Shown here: piece by piece, positions 49,574-60,452 of the stretch
Numbering within the stretch: the first letter of the stretch is position 1
Layout of the letters: every line of letters starts with the position of its first letter
NCBI GenBank assembly: GCA_963807605.1
Contig: CAWECG010000004.1
Span: forward strand, 160,001 to 224,000
DNA length: 64,000 bases
Direction of reading: 5' to 3'
DNA from: Candidatus Bathyarchaeota archaeon
Lineage (GTDB): Archaea > Thermoproteota > Bathyarchaeia > 40CM-2-53-6 > RBG-13-38-9
Position numbers and translations under genes: made by a program
Notes under the pieces: model-generated
What the model was told of the DNA's origin: nothing
What the model saw: only the letters and a program-made list of their open reading frames with translations
The model's database searches: none

Positions 49574-50251
49574 ATGACTCGGCTGATCAAACATAACGAA
49601 GGCGAAGTTTTCGATGTCGAGCTAGAAGAAAGTATACTCAAAGACAATGCAGAAACGGCGGCAAAGAACCATCAACTTCTTCAAAAGCACGGCATCAAAG
49701 CCATAGATATCATGGGCTCCATCGGCTCGGGAAAGACTTCTCTAATTGAGAATATGGCTGAAAAACTGAAAGACAGACGTAAGATAGCTGTCTTGAATGG
49801 TGATTTGACGACAACCATTGACGCCGATAGGGTTGCAAAACACGGCGTCGAGGTCGTCCAAATAAACACTGGAAAGGAGTGTCATCTGGATGCCAATCTG
49901 GTCGCCAAAGCCCTTGCAGATCTGAACCTGGACCGGGTGAACCTAATCCTAATAGAGAATGTTGGGAACCTGATCTGTCCAGGAGAGTTCAGGCTCGGCT
50001 CTGACAAGAGGATTGTCATGATAAGTGTGACCGAAGGCCCGTACATGGTTCTGAAACACCCCTTCATCTTCATGGAGGCTGACGTCGTCGTCATAAACAA
50101 ACTCGACTTGGCTGAGGCGATGGGCGTCAGATTTGAAAAGCTCCGAGATGACGTTGTGAAGATCAATCCAAGAGCGAAAGTTGTTGGGACAAGCTGTAGA
50201 AGAAATCAGGGTATTGAAAATGTTATCCAAGCTTTGCAGCTTGACAACTGA
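49574..50251 (+). CDS. hypB: Hydrogenase nickel incorporation GTPase HypB
   Basis: GSGKT, NTGKECHLDA, ENVGNLICP, SVTEG, NKLD. Confidence 0.96.
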   Translation: MTRLIKHNEGEVFDVELEESILKDNAETAAKNHQLLQKHGIKAIDIMGSIGSGKTSLIENMAEKLKDRRKIAVLNGDLTTTIDADRVAKHGVEVVQINTGKECHLDANLVAKALADLNLDRVNLILIENVGNLICPGEFRLGSDKRIVMISVTEGPYMVLKHPFIFMEADVVVINKLDLAEAMGVRFEKLRDDVVKINPRAKVVGTSCRRNQGIENVIQALQLDN

Positions 50252-50281
50252 CAGGGAATTATTGAATGTTGGCTGGCTTCT

Positions 50282-50668
50282 ATGCATGAGCTCTCTATGG
50301 CAAGCAGCGTAGTCGAAACGGCTCTGGCTGAGGCTAAGAAGAGGAACGCCAGCTCAATCTTGCAGGTTAACTTAGTTGTTGGAGAGTTCACTATGCTAGG
50401 GTTGGAGCAACTTCGTTACTGCTATCGACTTCTGACCAAGGACACAATCCTTCAGCATTCAAGGCTCACAATAGAGAAGCAGGAAGGGAGGGTGCGTTGC
50501 GAGAAATGCAAGTTCGAAGGACCGATTCAATTCAAGGAGGAGCCTGAGTATCATCTTCTTTTCCCAACGCTTGAATGTCCCAGATGTGGAGGGGCGGTTG
50601 ACTTGATTGCCGGAAGAGACTGCTACATCAAATCGGTAAAATTGAAGACGAATCAGATCTCTCCATAG
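50282..50668 (+). CDS. hypA: Hydrogenase nickel metallochaperone HypA
   Basis: MHELS, CEKC...CPRC, GRD. Confidence 0.95.
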   Translation: MHELSMASSVVETALAEAKKRNASSILQVNLVVGEFTMLGLEQLRYCYRLLTKDTILQHSRLTIEKQEGRVRCEKCKFEGPIQFKEEPEYHLLFPTLECPRCGGAVDLIAGRDCYIKSVKLKTNQISP

Positions 50669-50952
50669 CACGACGTGACCGCTCTATCAATTCATGAAGC
50701 TGACCTTTTCGGCTACCAATTCGCTCTCTTTTTAGAATTAATATTATAGCGTTAACTATGATTTAGTTGAAGGAGAACTCTGCCATGCCCAGGACCAGCC
50801 GTTTTGAGATGAATTATGCGTGCGCCATATCAAGTGTCAGACGATCTCATCAAAGATTCTGATATTGCATTCGCTTCGAATCTATTCATCTATAAGCTCC
50901 GTGCGAGGCATAACCGAGCTAACAAGTCAAAGATGTATAAGGTGATAAGGCC

Positions 50953-51690
50953 TTGAAGTTGGTGACGGCGGTTTCACCATCAATATTCGTATTGGGACTG
51001 ACTTTATTTGTCTCCTTTGTTACGGGGCATCCAGAAGGGTTGTTTCTCACTCACTCTATCAGAGGCATTCCGACAAGATTCGTTATCGTGACCATAATCG
51101 TTATTCTGCCCATTCTTGCCGTTCCCAAATTTCTAGCTCTGGTAGGAAGGTTAGGAAAGAATGAAAAGTCTCCTGTTCAGCTTGTCAGAGCCTTGACAAT
51201 TCCTCATGAAGAATTCAGCAAGGCTGTTGACTGGGTTTTCAGACCTCTCCAAGGGATCGCTCTCTCCTTACTTTTTGCGGAGAAATTTCTAAACCTGCTA
51301 GAGGTTTCAATTGGACCAGCTATGGCTGCCCTTCTTGCTCACGCATCTCTTTTTCTGATAGGAAGTGCGTTAGTTTCCATATTTCTGGCAGTAGTCTGGA
51401 CCTTGGATGATCTAGGCGTAAAGATCTACAATATGAAGACAGGTGAGGTCCGTATGTTTGGCACCAGCGTGGGTACTCTCTTCCCTCTACTCGCTGCAGC
51501 TATCGGAATTACTGGGCTGTTTCACCTGAATTCACCTTTAGATGCCTTGCTGGACCTCGTCGAGATCGCAACTGTGCTCTACCCACCCTACTTGTGCTTC
51601 GTCATTGTTCATCACGAGTTCATTGAGAAGCGCAGTGCGGTTCTCTCGGAAAAGCTTCCTATAAAGAGGATTGAGACAAAATTGTTCTAA
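50953..51690 (+). CDS. Multi-pass membrane hypothetical protein
   Basis: About six hydrophobic segments, WTLDDLGVK motif. Confidence 0.75.
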   Translation: MKLVTAVSPSIFVLGLTLFVSFVTGHPEGLFLTHSIRGIPTRFVIVTIIVILPILAVPKFLALVGRLGKNEKSPVQLVRALTIPHEEFSKAVDWVFRPLQGIALSLLFAEKFLNLLEVSIGPAMAALLAHASLFLIGSALVSIFLAVVWTLDDLGVKIYNMKTGEVRMFGTSVGTLFPLLAAAIGITGLFHLNSPLDALLDLVEIATVLYPPYLCFVIVHHEFIEKRSAVLSEKLPIKRIETKLF

Positions 51691-51860
51691 AACGCGCGTA
51701 TACTCTGTGTTGGACTCTGACATCGATTATGTGGCCTGATGCCCTTGAACCACGAGATTAAATAACGGCGTTATGCAGTAATTTCAAAAGTTAAATGTGA
51801 CTAATCTTCGTCCCGCACCTTTGTTCCGCATCAACCCATTCTCAAATCGAGGACTGAACA

Positions 51861-52946
51861 ATGCTTCAATTCAGAGATCGAACTACTGCGAACAGGATCC
51901 TTGAGCGGTTAGCATCGATGAAACTCAGCTTGACCCTGATGCATGTCTGCGGCACCCATCAAGACACGATCGTCCGCTACGGATTAGACGCGTTGCTTGA
52001 GAAATGCGGTGTGAACATAAGACAAGGCCCGGGATGCCCTGTCTGCGTAACCACGACCGCTGAGATTGAAGAAGTGGTTACGCTTGCTAGATGCGGGAAA
52101 GTCATAGCGACTTACGGGGATATGCTCCGGGTTCCAGGAGCCTCAGGATCTCTTGCGGATGCACGCTCGGAAGGTGCTAGGGTTAGAATTGTATATAGCA
52201 TTACAGATGCGGTGAAGATTGCTGAGCAGGCTGAGGATGAGGTAGTTTTTGTTGCTATAGGGTTTGAGACCACGGCTCCGAGTACCGCGGTGACCCTGCT
52301 TGGTGATCCTCCGAAGAACTTCTCCATAATCAGCTGCCACAGATATCTGCCTCCGGCTCTGGAGGCGTTGCTTGGTATGGGTGAACTCAAACTGCAAGGC
52401 ATCATAGAGCCCGGTCACGTCAGCACCATAATCGGGACAAGACCCTATGAGGAGATCTCCAAGAGGTACAAGCTACCCCAAGTCGTCGCAGGTTTCGAGC
52501 CATTGGATGTATTGATGGCTGTCTATATGATAGCGAGGCAGGTCCAAGCCTCCAAATCGATTGTTGAGAACGAGTACAAGAGGACCGTAAGAAAAGAAGG
52601 AAACCTCAAAGCTCTAGAAGTTATGTCACAAGTCTTTGAGCCTTCTGACTCGAAATGGCGGGGGTTCCCCACGATACCGGACTCCAGGATGAAATCGAAG
52701 AGCGAGTTTGCTTCATTCGATGCCGAAGAGAAGTATGCTGACGACTTGAAGGCGGTTCTTGAGAAGGATTTTGTTGAACCTGTGGGATGCGGTTGTGATA
52801 GAGTACTCAGAGGATTGATGGAACCACAGGAATGTGCCCTTTTTGGTAAGGCCTGTACTCCGGAGCATCCAGTTGGTCCATGCATGGTTTCGATGGAAGG
52901 TTCATGTAACATCGAATACAGATACCGAAGGGCAGGCCTAGTCTAG
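51861..52946 (+). CDS. hypD: Hydrogenase maturation protein HypD
   Basis: MHVCGTH, GPGCPVC, GFETT, PGHVS, GPCMVS.EG.C. Confidence 0.97.
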   Translation: MLQFRDRTTANRILERLASMKLSLTLMHVCGTHQDTIVRYGLDALLEKCGVNIRQGPGCPVCVTTTAEIEEVVTLARCGKVIATYGDMLRVPGASGSLADARSEGARVRIVYSITDAVKIAEQAEDEVVFVAIGFETTAPSTAVTLLGDPPKNFSIISCHRYLPPALEALLGMGELKLQGIIEPGHVSTIIGTRPYEEISKRYKLPQVVAGFEPLDVLMAVYMIARQVQASKSIVENEYKRTVRKEGNLKALEVMSQVFEPSDSKWRGFPTIPDSRMKSKSEFASFDAEEKYADDLKAVLEKDFVEPVGCGCDRVLRGLMEPQECALFGKACTPEHPVGPCMVSMEGSCNIEYRYRRAGLV

Positions 52947-53061
52947 ACTCATGGCCGGCGCTTCAAAACCTTTGGTCTCCCCGCCTAGCCGTGAAGGCTG
53001 AGATACAAGATTCATCATTTTTATATCTCTGCTGTTGTGTCAATCCTCAGCGGTGTTGCAC

Positions 53062-53556
53062 TTGGACGCACTGGAAGCAATACAAAAGCGAAGAAGCATT
53101 AGGAAGTACCGATCCACTCCTCTATCCAAAGAAATAATTGAGAAACTCGTAGACGCTGGAAGATTAGCTGCGTCAGCAGTCAATATTCAACCGTGGGAAT
53201 TCGTGGCAGTTACACGTCAGGAAACCCGCAGAAAAATAGCTGACGCAGCGGACTATGGCAAGCATATCGCTGAAGCACCCCTGTGCATCGCCGTATTCTG
53301 CAAGGAGACCCCATTCTATCTTGAAGATGGGAGTGCTGCAGTTGAGAATATCTTGGTTGCAGCAACCGCCCTTAACCTGGGGACCTGTTGGGTTGCCGGA
53401 GACAAGACGTCATACGCTAATACCATACGAGAACTCTTAGCAGTTCCCGAAGGCTACAAACTGGTCGCCCTTATCGCAGCAGGCTATTCTGATGAACCAG
53501 ATATCAGGAAGAAGAAACGCGAGCTGAAGGACGTACTACACTACGAGGAATTCTGA
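53062..53556 (+). CDS. Nitroreductase family protein
   Basis: RRSIRKY, A.SA.N.QPW.F, LGTCW. Confidence 0.9.
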   Translation: MDALEAIQKRRSIRKYRSTPLSKEIIEKLVDAGRLAASAVNIQPWEFVAVTRQETRRKIADAADYGKHIAEAPLCIAVFCKETPFYLEDGSAAVENILVAATALNLGTCWVAGDKTSYANTIRELLAVPEGYKLVALIAAGYSDEPDIRKKKRELKDVLHYEEF

Positions 53557-53589
53557 TATACCATCGTCACCACATTGACTGCCCACTTG

Positions 53590-53635
53590 ACACACCCCTG
53601 CCTAAAGCAGGGAGCCTTCTTGCTGAATTTGGTAA
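53590..53635 (+). mobile_element. Orphan IS200/IS605-type end hairpin (remnant)
   Basis: CACCCCTGCCTAAAGCAGGGAGCCTTC...TTGGTAA, with a CCCTGC/GCAGGG stem around CTAAA. Resembles IS200/IS605 subterminal hairpins; no tnpA or tnpB nearby. Confidence 0.5.
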
Positions 53636-53712
53636 GCGCGCTTGCTGTCTCTGGACTTGCAGATTTCTAGCGGCGTACGCATAGACGACTCAAGAACAAA
53701 TGGTGTTGACTC

Positions 53713-53925
53713 ATGGGTCAGTCCTTGAGTTTGGCGTTGAGGGGGGCTGTCGATGTCACCGCGGTACCTTCTGAGCTTCTTACGCAGTTGATTGCCGGGT
53801 TTGAAAGCGGAACTGGGATGGTTACTGTTGAAGCGTTTGTGGAGGGTATCCGCCGAGCATTCTACGTCTCAGGATTCATGGCGGCCTTAGGCATCTTAAC
53901 ATCGCTTGTCAGAGGCAGAGTATGA
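53713..53925 (+). pseudogene. C-terminal fragment of a DHA2-type MFS transporter
   Basis: GQSLSLAL...AFVEGIRRAFYVSGFMAALGILTSLVRG parallels the end of the MFS at 57891 (AFMSSLGFALYFNAALAVVAAAASVLRG). Confidence 0.65.
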
Positions 53926-53989
53926 TGATGCTCAGCTGCGCGGCGCTTTTAAATACTAATAGGCGTGACGGTTTTGATGGTGTCGGAGT

Positions 53990-54397
53990 ATGAAGATACT
54001 AGTGTCCATCGATACGTCAAAGGCTGCTAGGAAGGTTGTAGCCTTCTCATGCGGATTGGCTAAGAAGCTAGAGGCAAGAGTCACTATTCTTCATGTGATT
54101 ACAGTTCCTACAGGAGTCGCAGTCGGAGTAGATCCAACATCCTTTCTGAAGGCAGGTGAGGAGTATCTGGCCAATTTCAAGCGCCAGGCAGAGAAGTCTG
54201 GAGTCAGAGCATCTACGCGCCTGGAGACTGTTTACGGTAATCCTGCCCACAGGATTGTAGAATTGGCTAGGGATGAAAGATTCGATCTGATAGCATTAGG
54301 GGCTATGGGAGAGAGTGAACTGCGAGACCTTCTTCTGGGGAGCGTCGCACACACAGTGTCCAGAAACGCCTCATGTCCAGTCCTGATTGTCAGATAA
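53990..54397 (+). CDS. Universal stress protein
   Basis: KILVSID.S, ILHV, GNPA..I, LLLGSVA..V...A.CPVLIVR. Confidence 0.93.
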   Translation: MKILVSIDTSKAARKVVAFSCGLAKKLEARVTILHVITVPTGVAVGVDPTSFLKAGEEYLANFKRQAEKSGVRASTRLETVYGNPAHRIVELARDERFDLIALGAMGESELRDLLLGSVAHTVSRNASCPVLIVR

Positions 54398-54460
54398 GTC
54401 GTGCCTGAACTAACCAGCAGTAAAGGCGTGTGAGAAGCACTTTACTACGTATGAATCACA

Positions 54461-54562
54461 GTTCAAATTTAGGCGCTCTCACCAGCTACGACACACACAC
54501 AAAAAAAAGAATCAATGCCTAACGGTTCAAATTACGACGCTCTCACCAGCTAAGGTACACAC
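54461..54562 (+). repeat. Island repeat copies R1 (54461-54498) and R2 (54525-54562)
   Basis: GTTCAAATTTAGGCGCTCTCACCAGCTACGACACACAC and GTTCAAATTACGACGCTCTCACCAGCTAAGGTACACAC. Confidence 0.85.
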
Positions 54563-54676
54563 AGATTAAAACGATAACGCTTGTTTTCTGACTGAAGATA
54601 CGGAATGGTAATGACTGGCTCTGCGTCGAAGAATTCGACGCAAAACTGCAATGAACTTAACGTGAGTGGTTTAATC

Positions 54677-56303
54677 TTAGTGTAGTTTGGCGCCGCACTT
54701 TATGCAGAAGTCGTTGGCGTCGGGATTTTCTGTTCCGCATTTTCCGCAGTAAACCATTCCAGGTGTTAGGGGTGTTTTCGTTGGTTGGGTGGGGGTTGAT
54801 TTTCGTCGACTCCGCAACGCGACCACAATGATGACGACGGCCAACAAGACCATGCCTGCAAGTATGAGGAGTTGGTTTTGCTGGATCACACTCATCAGGT
54901 CGCTTGATGTTTGAGTTGAGGAGGTTGAGGTTTGCGTTGCTGTTGCTGCGTTAACTGCTAGGACTAGGTTGCCGACATGAGTTAATCCTCCTCCACTCCC
55001 GGTTACCGTCAACGTATACGAACCAGTTGGTACATCGCTTGGCAATGTAACCGTGAGCGTCGAAGCGAAGTTTGGAGTTCCGGAGGGACTGCTGAAGACT
55101 CCGCTGGCGCCCGAAGGCAATCCTGAGACGGACAATGAAACCTGCGAGTTGAAGCCGTTGAGGGCGGTAACGCTCACGGAGTACGATGTCGTCTGTCCCT
55201 GAAGCACACTCTGAGAGGGGGGACTCACACTAATTGCAAAATCAGGGGCAGCCGAAACGATGAGAGTTACGGAGGCTGTATGGGTTACCCCACCTCCACT
55301 CCCAACGATGGTTAGCGTGAACGTTCCAGGCGAGACTGAGGACGCCACAGTAACACTTAGTGCTGAAGTAAATGGAGGTGTTCCTGAGGTTGGGTTAAAT
55401 GACGCGGACACACCGCCGGTAACCCTGACACGCTGAGAGCAACACTCTGCTGTGGCCCTGTTACCGGGTTCACGGCGACAGTGTAGCTTGCGCTCCCACC
55501 AGGAGTGGCGCTCTGCTGGGTGGGTGAAGTGGATAATGAAAAATCAAATTGCGCTACCGGTTGCGTTGTCGTTGGTACTGCTGGTCCGACAGTGAACGTG
55601 GTGCTCATTACGTTATTGCTGGGGTTCGGATCGTTAATCGTCGAAACCGACCAGGTTAACGTGTGTGTTCCTAGCGTTGCCGAACCACGGCGTCTGCGTG
55701 TTTACACTAGCCGGGGTTGCCAGTTGGTCCAGGGTAGGAGAGGGAACCCCCTCCCCACGAAGCACCATCAATTGTGCATTCCACATTAACAATCTGCGGA
55801 TATGAACCCGATGTCGAGAGTGCAACAAACACCGCGCTGAAAGTTACGGAGTCACCAACTTGAGGGATAGAAGGAGTTAGTGAGACTGACTGGATCGCCC
55901 AGTCCGTAGATACAGATGCCGATCCAACCACTGAAAAAAGTTTCTCTCCTAACTCAGTAGAGCCTCCGCCTGTTTTCAAGAACGAGACTGCCGCAAAGTA
56001 ACTTCCCGGAGTGATTATTCCAGGGACATTCACCTCGTAGTCTAACCCACCACTGATGCTCATCGGTGAGGCCTCCCAGATGGGCGTAACGCTGAAAGTA
56101 GGCCGAACAAAAACAACGGCCTTGCCGTTATACCCTGGGTCAGTGTAAAACGAGATCACGAAGGGTAAACCAGCATGTATGGGAGCTCCTGGAACGCCTA
56201 CGTGAACGTGCAAAACCCCTTCTACATTCTGAAAGAGCATTACAGATGAGATAACAACCACAAGTAAGATTGCAATCGTCGATTTAGCTAGCAAACCTTC
56301 CAA
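54677..56303 (-). pseudogene. Surface protein (signal peptide, CARDB-like and Ig-like repeats, TM, zinc ribbon) split by three 1-nt indels (near 55717, 55684 and 55412)
   Basis: The frames join to give ...GTPASVNTQTPW/SATLGTHTLTWSVSTINDPNPSNN...VSGLPA/GVSASFNP...CGKCG...FCIKCG. Confidence 0.8.
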
Positions 56304-56425
56304 TTCTCGAGATTAAGTAGATAGGTCACGAAAGTATTTGAGGATTTACAAGTGTTCCTTTGATTCTCTGGGGAGGTGGATTGTAGGCCTAGTGGTGCGC
56401 ACACACAAAAAATTAAAGCCTGGCA

Positions 56426-56463
56426 GTCCAAAATAGGATGCTCTCATCAGCTAAGGCACACAC
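56426..56463 (+). repeat. Island repeat copy R3
   Basis: GTCCAAAATAGGATGCTCTCATCAGCTAAGGCACACAC. Confidence 0.8.
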
Positions 56464-56602
56464 AACACTCCCAAGATTTACCACTTACTACTACACAAAC
56501 AACGAATCCTATCCCAACTGATACCGAACGGAAAACAAGTTTAGCACGCCATAATCGCCGGTTTCTCCAATGTCGAAGGGTTTTGCCACGTTCTTTTGCA
56601 GA

Positions 56603-57463
56603 CTAGAGGATAGCGTTCGCAATGTGGGCTCTCTTCGGTCCGTGAAGACCGTCTCGGCGATCGCGGAAATATCGAGCATCAGCATCCGTAGCTGATAGGA
56701 ATGACGCTCTCGAAAAACCCAACCCTTGCAACTTTGAGACCAGGTCATTTGGCTCGAATCGCGTAAGCCATGGCTCACCCTGCGCTGCCGCAAGTGCAGC
56801 AGTCGAGTGCGAAGGTTCGGTGCTCGTTTCTTTCACCTCTGAAGTCGGAGAGGCGAAGTCAAAAATGATCTCGCTTGACCGTGGGAGTGAAGCTACGAAG
56901 CGGAATACGACATCAACCGTGCTCGTCCTTAGGTACATCATGACACCGAGCCACGAAAAAAATGCAGGCTTTCCAAAATCGAAACCACTGTTACCCAAAC
57001 GCTCACGTAGGGAGGTGGTCTCAAAATCAAGAGAAACAAACTCGACGTTAGATGGAGTTTCTATCCCCGCCAAGGTCAACCGTTCGCGTTTCGAGCGTTG
57101 GCTCGCCACATGGTCCACTTCGAAAATGCGCAACGTTGTCGCCCAATGAGGTTGTCGATAGGGGAACGAGTCTAGGCCAGCGCCCAACATCAAATACTGC
57201 CTAACCCCATTGCCGACCGCTTCAGCCAGAAGATCCTCCGCATACCGGCTGCGCAAAACGATGTGCGATCGTAGCCCTCTCATCCTCGACGTGCGAAATC
57301 TATTCGGATTCAAGCGAATTTGCTCGAGTATTGATGTGCGAAGGAGCTGAAGCACGATAGGATCATCGAGAACCCTTGGTTCGTCATCAATAAGTTGGTG
57401 AACCGCACGAAGCACCGCCGCACCCAACGCGGTACGGCTAGGACGACGTTCCATCACATGCAT
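56603..57463 (-). CDS. SAM-dependent methyltransferase, LCM/YktD family
   Basis: SRTA...A..RA.H, RSRYAED, LGAGLDS..YR, FEVDH, WLGVMMYL. Confidence 0.9.
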   Translation of the reverse strand: MHVMERRPSRTALGAAVLRAVHQLIDDEPRVLDDPIVLQLLRTSILEQIRLNPNRFRTSRMRGLRSHIVLRSRYAEDLLAEAVGNGVRQYLMLGAGLDSFPYRQPHWATTLRIFEVDHVASQRSKRERLTLAGIETPSNVEFVSLDFETTSLRERLGNSGFDFGKPAFFSWLGVMMYLRTSTVDVVFRFVASLPRSSEIIFDFASPTSEVKETSTEPSHSTAALAAAQGEPWLTRFEPNDLVSKLQGLGFSRASFLSATDADARYFRDRRDGLHGPKRAHIANAIL

Positions 57464-57610
57464 TCCGCCTCAAGAGCGGTGCAGAAATACTTCAACGTAA
57501 CAACTTCCGGATCTGAAGTCGCGAGCTACGCTAAAAGTCTTCGATACAGATCTCAAACATCATGAGGGAAAGAAGTTGGAGACACATATGATGTTGAACT
57601 CAACTCCAGT

Positions 57611-57700
57611 GTGTGTGCCTTGGCTGGTGAGAGCACCCAAAGTTGAACCATTAGATTTCTCCGTCGTTGGATCGCTTGGTGGGAGTATCGGGATTTGAAC
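57611..57700 (-). repeat. Island repeat copy R4 (57611-57648) and tRNA-3'-like copy R4b (57677-57700)
   Basis: Reverse complements GTTCAACTTTGGGTGCTCTCACCAGCCAAGGCACACAC and GTTCAAATCCCGATACTCCCACCA. Confidence 0.8.
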
Positions 57701-57890
57701 AGATGAAGAGAATCTATTGTTGCCTAGTTACAATCAAAGGTTCAGTCCCCGAAAATGTTGCAGAAACCAAAATCCTATCATAAAATTATGGAACCTTAAA
57801 ATAATCTACCTTGACACTTGCAGCAAGAACCCGTATTTCATGATCGAGGAACCAGCTTAGGAGCAAACATGAGGCCTGGGGAGAGGTTCA

Positions 57891-59633
57891 ATGGTTGAGT
57901 ACAAGTGGGTTGTTCTTTCGAACACTACACTCGGCACGTTGATGGCTTCAATAGACATCACTATAGTAGAGATTGCGCTTCCAGCCATCTTCAGAGGTAT
58001 CGCGATTGACCCGTTCACGTCCTTCGAATACTTGCTCTGGATACTCTTCGGCTACAGCATAGTAACTGCAACCCTACTCGTCACCTTCGGTCGAATATCA
58101 GACATCTTCGGCAGAGTGAAACTCTACAACCTGGGCTTCCTAGTGTACACTGTCGGCTCCGTGCTGCTCTACCTGACGCCTAACACTGGAAACTTGGGAG
58201 CCATTGAACTGATCTTATTCAGAATCGTCCAAGGAGTAGGAGGGGCCTTCCTATTCTCGAACAGCGCAGCGATCATTACCGATGCTTTTCCAGCAGAGGA
58301 GAGAGGCAAGGCATTGGGACTCAACCAGTTAGCTTTCCTCGGAGGCTCGTTTGTCGGGTTGGTGCTTGGTGGGGTACTGGCCGTCTATGACTGGCGATAC
58401 GTGTTCCTAATCAGCGTGCCATTCGGGGCTTTCGGGACAGCGTGGTCGTATTGGAAGTTGAAGGAGCTAGCAACCATACGAGAGGGGCAGAGGATCGATG
58501 TGTGGGGGAACATTACGTTTGGCGTGGGCTTGACGGTTTTCCTCATAGCGATAACCTATGGACTACTACCTTACGGCACCTCGACGATGGGATGGGGCAA
58601 CCCATGGGTAATAAGCGGCCTGATCTGTTCAGCTGCACTGCTAGTTGCATTTCCGTTCATCGAGACACGTGTTCAAGACCCAATGTTCCAGTTGCACCTT
58701 TTCAAGAGAAGAGCCTTTGCCGCGGGTAACTTCGCCGCTTTCCTAGCGTCTATTTCGAGAGGTGGGGTATCGCTACTCCTGATTATACTGCTGCAAGCGA
58801 TTTGGCTGCCGCTGCACGGCATCAATTATGAGGATACTCCTCTTTGGGCCGGGATCTACATGCTTCCGTTTACCGCGGGGTTCATAGTCATGGGCCCACT
58901 CAGCGGCTACCTCTCCGACAGGTATGGTGCGAGAGGCTTCTCGACTGCGGGCATGCTCACAACGGCAGTTGGGTACTACCTGCTTTCAACGTTCCCATAC
59001 AACTTTGCTTATCTTTCGTTCGCTGCGGTCATCTTCTTGATGGGAATCGGTATGGGTATGTTTGCTTCTCCGAATACAGCATCCGTAATGAACTCGGTGC
59101 CAGCCGAGCATAGAGGCTCCGCATCAGGAATGCGGAGCACCTTACAGAACACAGGTTCGGTCATAGGCCTTAGCATATTGTTTACGTTAGTTCTCTTGGT
59201 CTTATCGAGAGACATGCCTTCTTCACTTGCAGCAGCTGCCTCACAGGCTGGCGCCCCACAGTTATCCTCCGCGTTAACCCAGATTCCTCCAACAGCCGCA
59301 GTATTCGCGGCTTTTCTAGGCTACAACCCGATGGGCACGGTACTGAAGCAGCTTCCTTCGAAACTTACGAACTCATTGAGCCCGCAGGCGATCGCAGTGG
59401 TCACCGGAAAAGTGTGGTTCCCAACAGCGATCGCTAACGCATTCATGTCATCCCTAGGATTTGCTCTGTACTTTAACGCGGCATTAGCTGTTGTGGCTGC
59501 CGCCGCATCAGTGCTTCGCGGGAAGAGATATGTTTACGGGACGGGAGATGAAAAGCTGGAAATAGCTACACCAATAGTGAAGACTTCTAAAAGGGCAGAC
59601 CCGTTGCCTAACTCAGAAAGTCGCCCAAAATGA
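57891..59633 (+). CDS. MFS transporter, DHA2 (14-TMS) type
   Basis: D.TIV.IALP, GRISDIFGR, RIVQGVG, FP.EERGKALG, SDRYGAR. Confidence 0.93.
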   Translation: MVEYKWVVLSNTTLGTLMASIDITIVEIALPAIFRGIAIDPFTSFEYLLWILFGYSIVTATLLVTFGRISDIFGRVKLYNLGFLVYTVGSVLLYLTPNTGNLGAIELILFRIVQGVGGAFLFSNSAAIITDAFPAEERGKALGLNQLAFLGGSFVGLVLGGVLAVYDWRYVFLISVPFGAFGTAWSYWKLKELATIREGQRIDVWGNITFGVGLTVFLIAITYGLLPYGTSTMGWGNPWVISGLICSAALLVAFPFIETRVQDPMFQLHLFKRRAFAAGNFAAFLASISRGGVSLLLIILLQAIWLPLHGINYEDTPLWAGIYMLPFTAGFIVMGPLSGYLSDRYGARGFSTAGMLTTAVGYYLLSTFPYNFAYLSFAAVIFLMGIGMGMFASPNTASVMNSVPAEHRGSASGMRSTLQNTGSVIGLSILFTLVLLVLSRDMPSSLAAAASQAGAPQLSSALTQIPPTAAVFAAFLGYNPMGTVLKQLPSKLTNSLSPQAIAVVTGKVWFPTAIANAFMSSLGFALYFNAALAVVAAAASVLRGKRYVYGTGDEKLEIATPIVKTSKRADPLPNSESRPK

Positions 59634-59729
59634 CTCTAGACTAAAACAGAAACCGGAAGCAAGGCTCAGAAGAACTCCAAGTGAGACCTAGCACGCGCTT
59701 CTATTCACTTTACAGTTCTGAGGATCTAT

Positions 59730-59880
59730 GTGGAGACAAAACAGTTCAAGCGGATACAGGTGGCTGTTAATGGCTTCGAGAACGCCACTCGCGCAGCCAG
59801 GGTTGCCATTGCGTTAGCAAAGAAGTTCGGAGCGTAACTCATTGTATGCCATATCATTCCAACGCCAGTCTACTCTGCTC
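59730..59880 (+). pseudogene. Universal stress protein N-terminal remnant with in-frame stop
   Basis: VETKQFKRIQVAVNGFENATRAARVAIALAKKFGA*LIVCHIIPTP, with TAA at 59835-59837. Confidence 0.7.
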
Positions 59881-60160
59881 AAACAGTTTTCACCGTTCCA
59901 AGTGACACAATGCGAGGCTTACGGATCGAACCGATTTGCGGAGACGTTGGAAAGGCTAACTTGGTAGACACAAATGAAAATATGGCATCTAACTGTGCAT
60001 TCTATGCCTGGGAACTGGCTTGTTGAAACCAACGCCACACGCTCTGTTTGTCCGACTTCGTTGAGGAACACAATATAGCACGCGTGTTTCTAGATAAATG
60101 AGTTGAGTGAATCGCTAACGTTTAATAGCGTGCATGTTGAGCACAGCGGCAGTGAATGAT

Positions 60161-60412
60161 ATGCTAAAATGGGAATATTGCAGATTGTCCCTTCATGGTC
60201 AGAAGCCGATAACTGCCAAAGCAGTGTATTACAAAGCAGATGGAAAGCACACTGTGGACATCTCTGAAGGTGTGGACGCTGATGACGTAAGAAGCTCTGC
60301 CGCAGCCTACATGGCGAAAATGGGCGTTGAGGGTTGGGAGCTGGTGAGTGCTTCCGACACTATTGGGGCATTGGAGATAGTTTTCTATTTCAAGCGTCCA
60401 CTTGAAAGTTAA
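60161..60412 (+). CDS. DUF4177-like small protein
   Basis: KWEY...MG.EGWELVS...FYFKRP. Confidence 0.8.
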   Translation: MLKWEYCRLSLHGQKPITAKAVYYKADGKHTVDISEGVDADDVRSSAAAYMAKMGVEGWELVSASDTIGALEIVFYFKRPLES

Positions 60413-60452
60413 CAAGCCATACTATTTGGTAGTGGTGCCATATCTGGTTAGC

